From Flectonema sp. DT1601 (lineage: Eukaryota): a stretch of 64,000 bases of DNA. The first letter of the stretch is position 1; every line of letters begins with the position of its first letter. The position numbers and the translations under genes were made by a program. Below, in pieces: positions 63,915 to 64,000 of the stretch. The notes under the pieces were generated by a model, which searched no databases, was not told the origin of the DNA, and worked only from the letters and a program-made list of their open reading frames with translations. The stretch spans positions 930,001 through 994,000 of the forward strand of contig OZ025790.1 of the NCBI GenBank assembly GCA_964019425.1, in the 5' to 3' direction.

Positions 63915-64000
63915 TGTGTTGAGGAATGGCTGAAGTGGAGATAAGATAAGAATAGCGCACTGTATGCCATGTCGAAGAACCAAATATACACCTTTTTCCC

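Noticed and set aside
1..64000. tRNA, rRNA or autonomous transposase/RT genes
   Set aside because: No cloverleaf, rRNA-conserved blocks or intact transposase, RT or HUH ORF recognised by eye. A tRNAscan/Rfam run is still advisable.

Overview
Eukaryotic nuclear DNA, most likely from a euglenozoan and probably a diplonemid-like protist. This is an inference from the unidirectional gene cluster, short GT-AG introns, pyrimidine-tract/AG sites upstream of start codons, PT-repeat surface protein and cyclase/kinase families. All ~22 credible protein genes lie on the minus strand. They include a FYVE protein, PEX6, LRR/TSNAXIP1-like, CFAP52-like WD40, PTEN, two CH-domain paralogs, TM/pseudo-cyclase/MAP3K, CCHC-FHA, ADCY10-like, RING E3, TAF1-like, EngB, two 4-TM paralogs, a mucin-like receptor, BBS5, IFRD, RRP6, an ABC ATPase and an Ubl-LRR pseudogene. 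Intergenic DNA is rich in A/T homopolymers and contains several short dispersed repeat families. Two observations stand out. (1) Two sequence-unrelated families of 100-150 bp elements share one architecture: A-run, subterminal inverted repeat, variable interior, complementary arm, pyrimidine spacer, small hairpin, GTAC, A-run. One family shows compensatory base changes. (2) Cis-intron acceptors are A/C-rich while acceptors upstream of start codons are pyrimidine-rich, suggesting a cis/trans splicing code. Exon boundaries were read by eye and are unverified.
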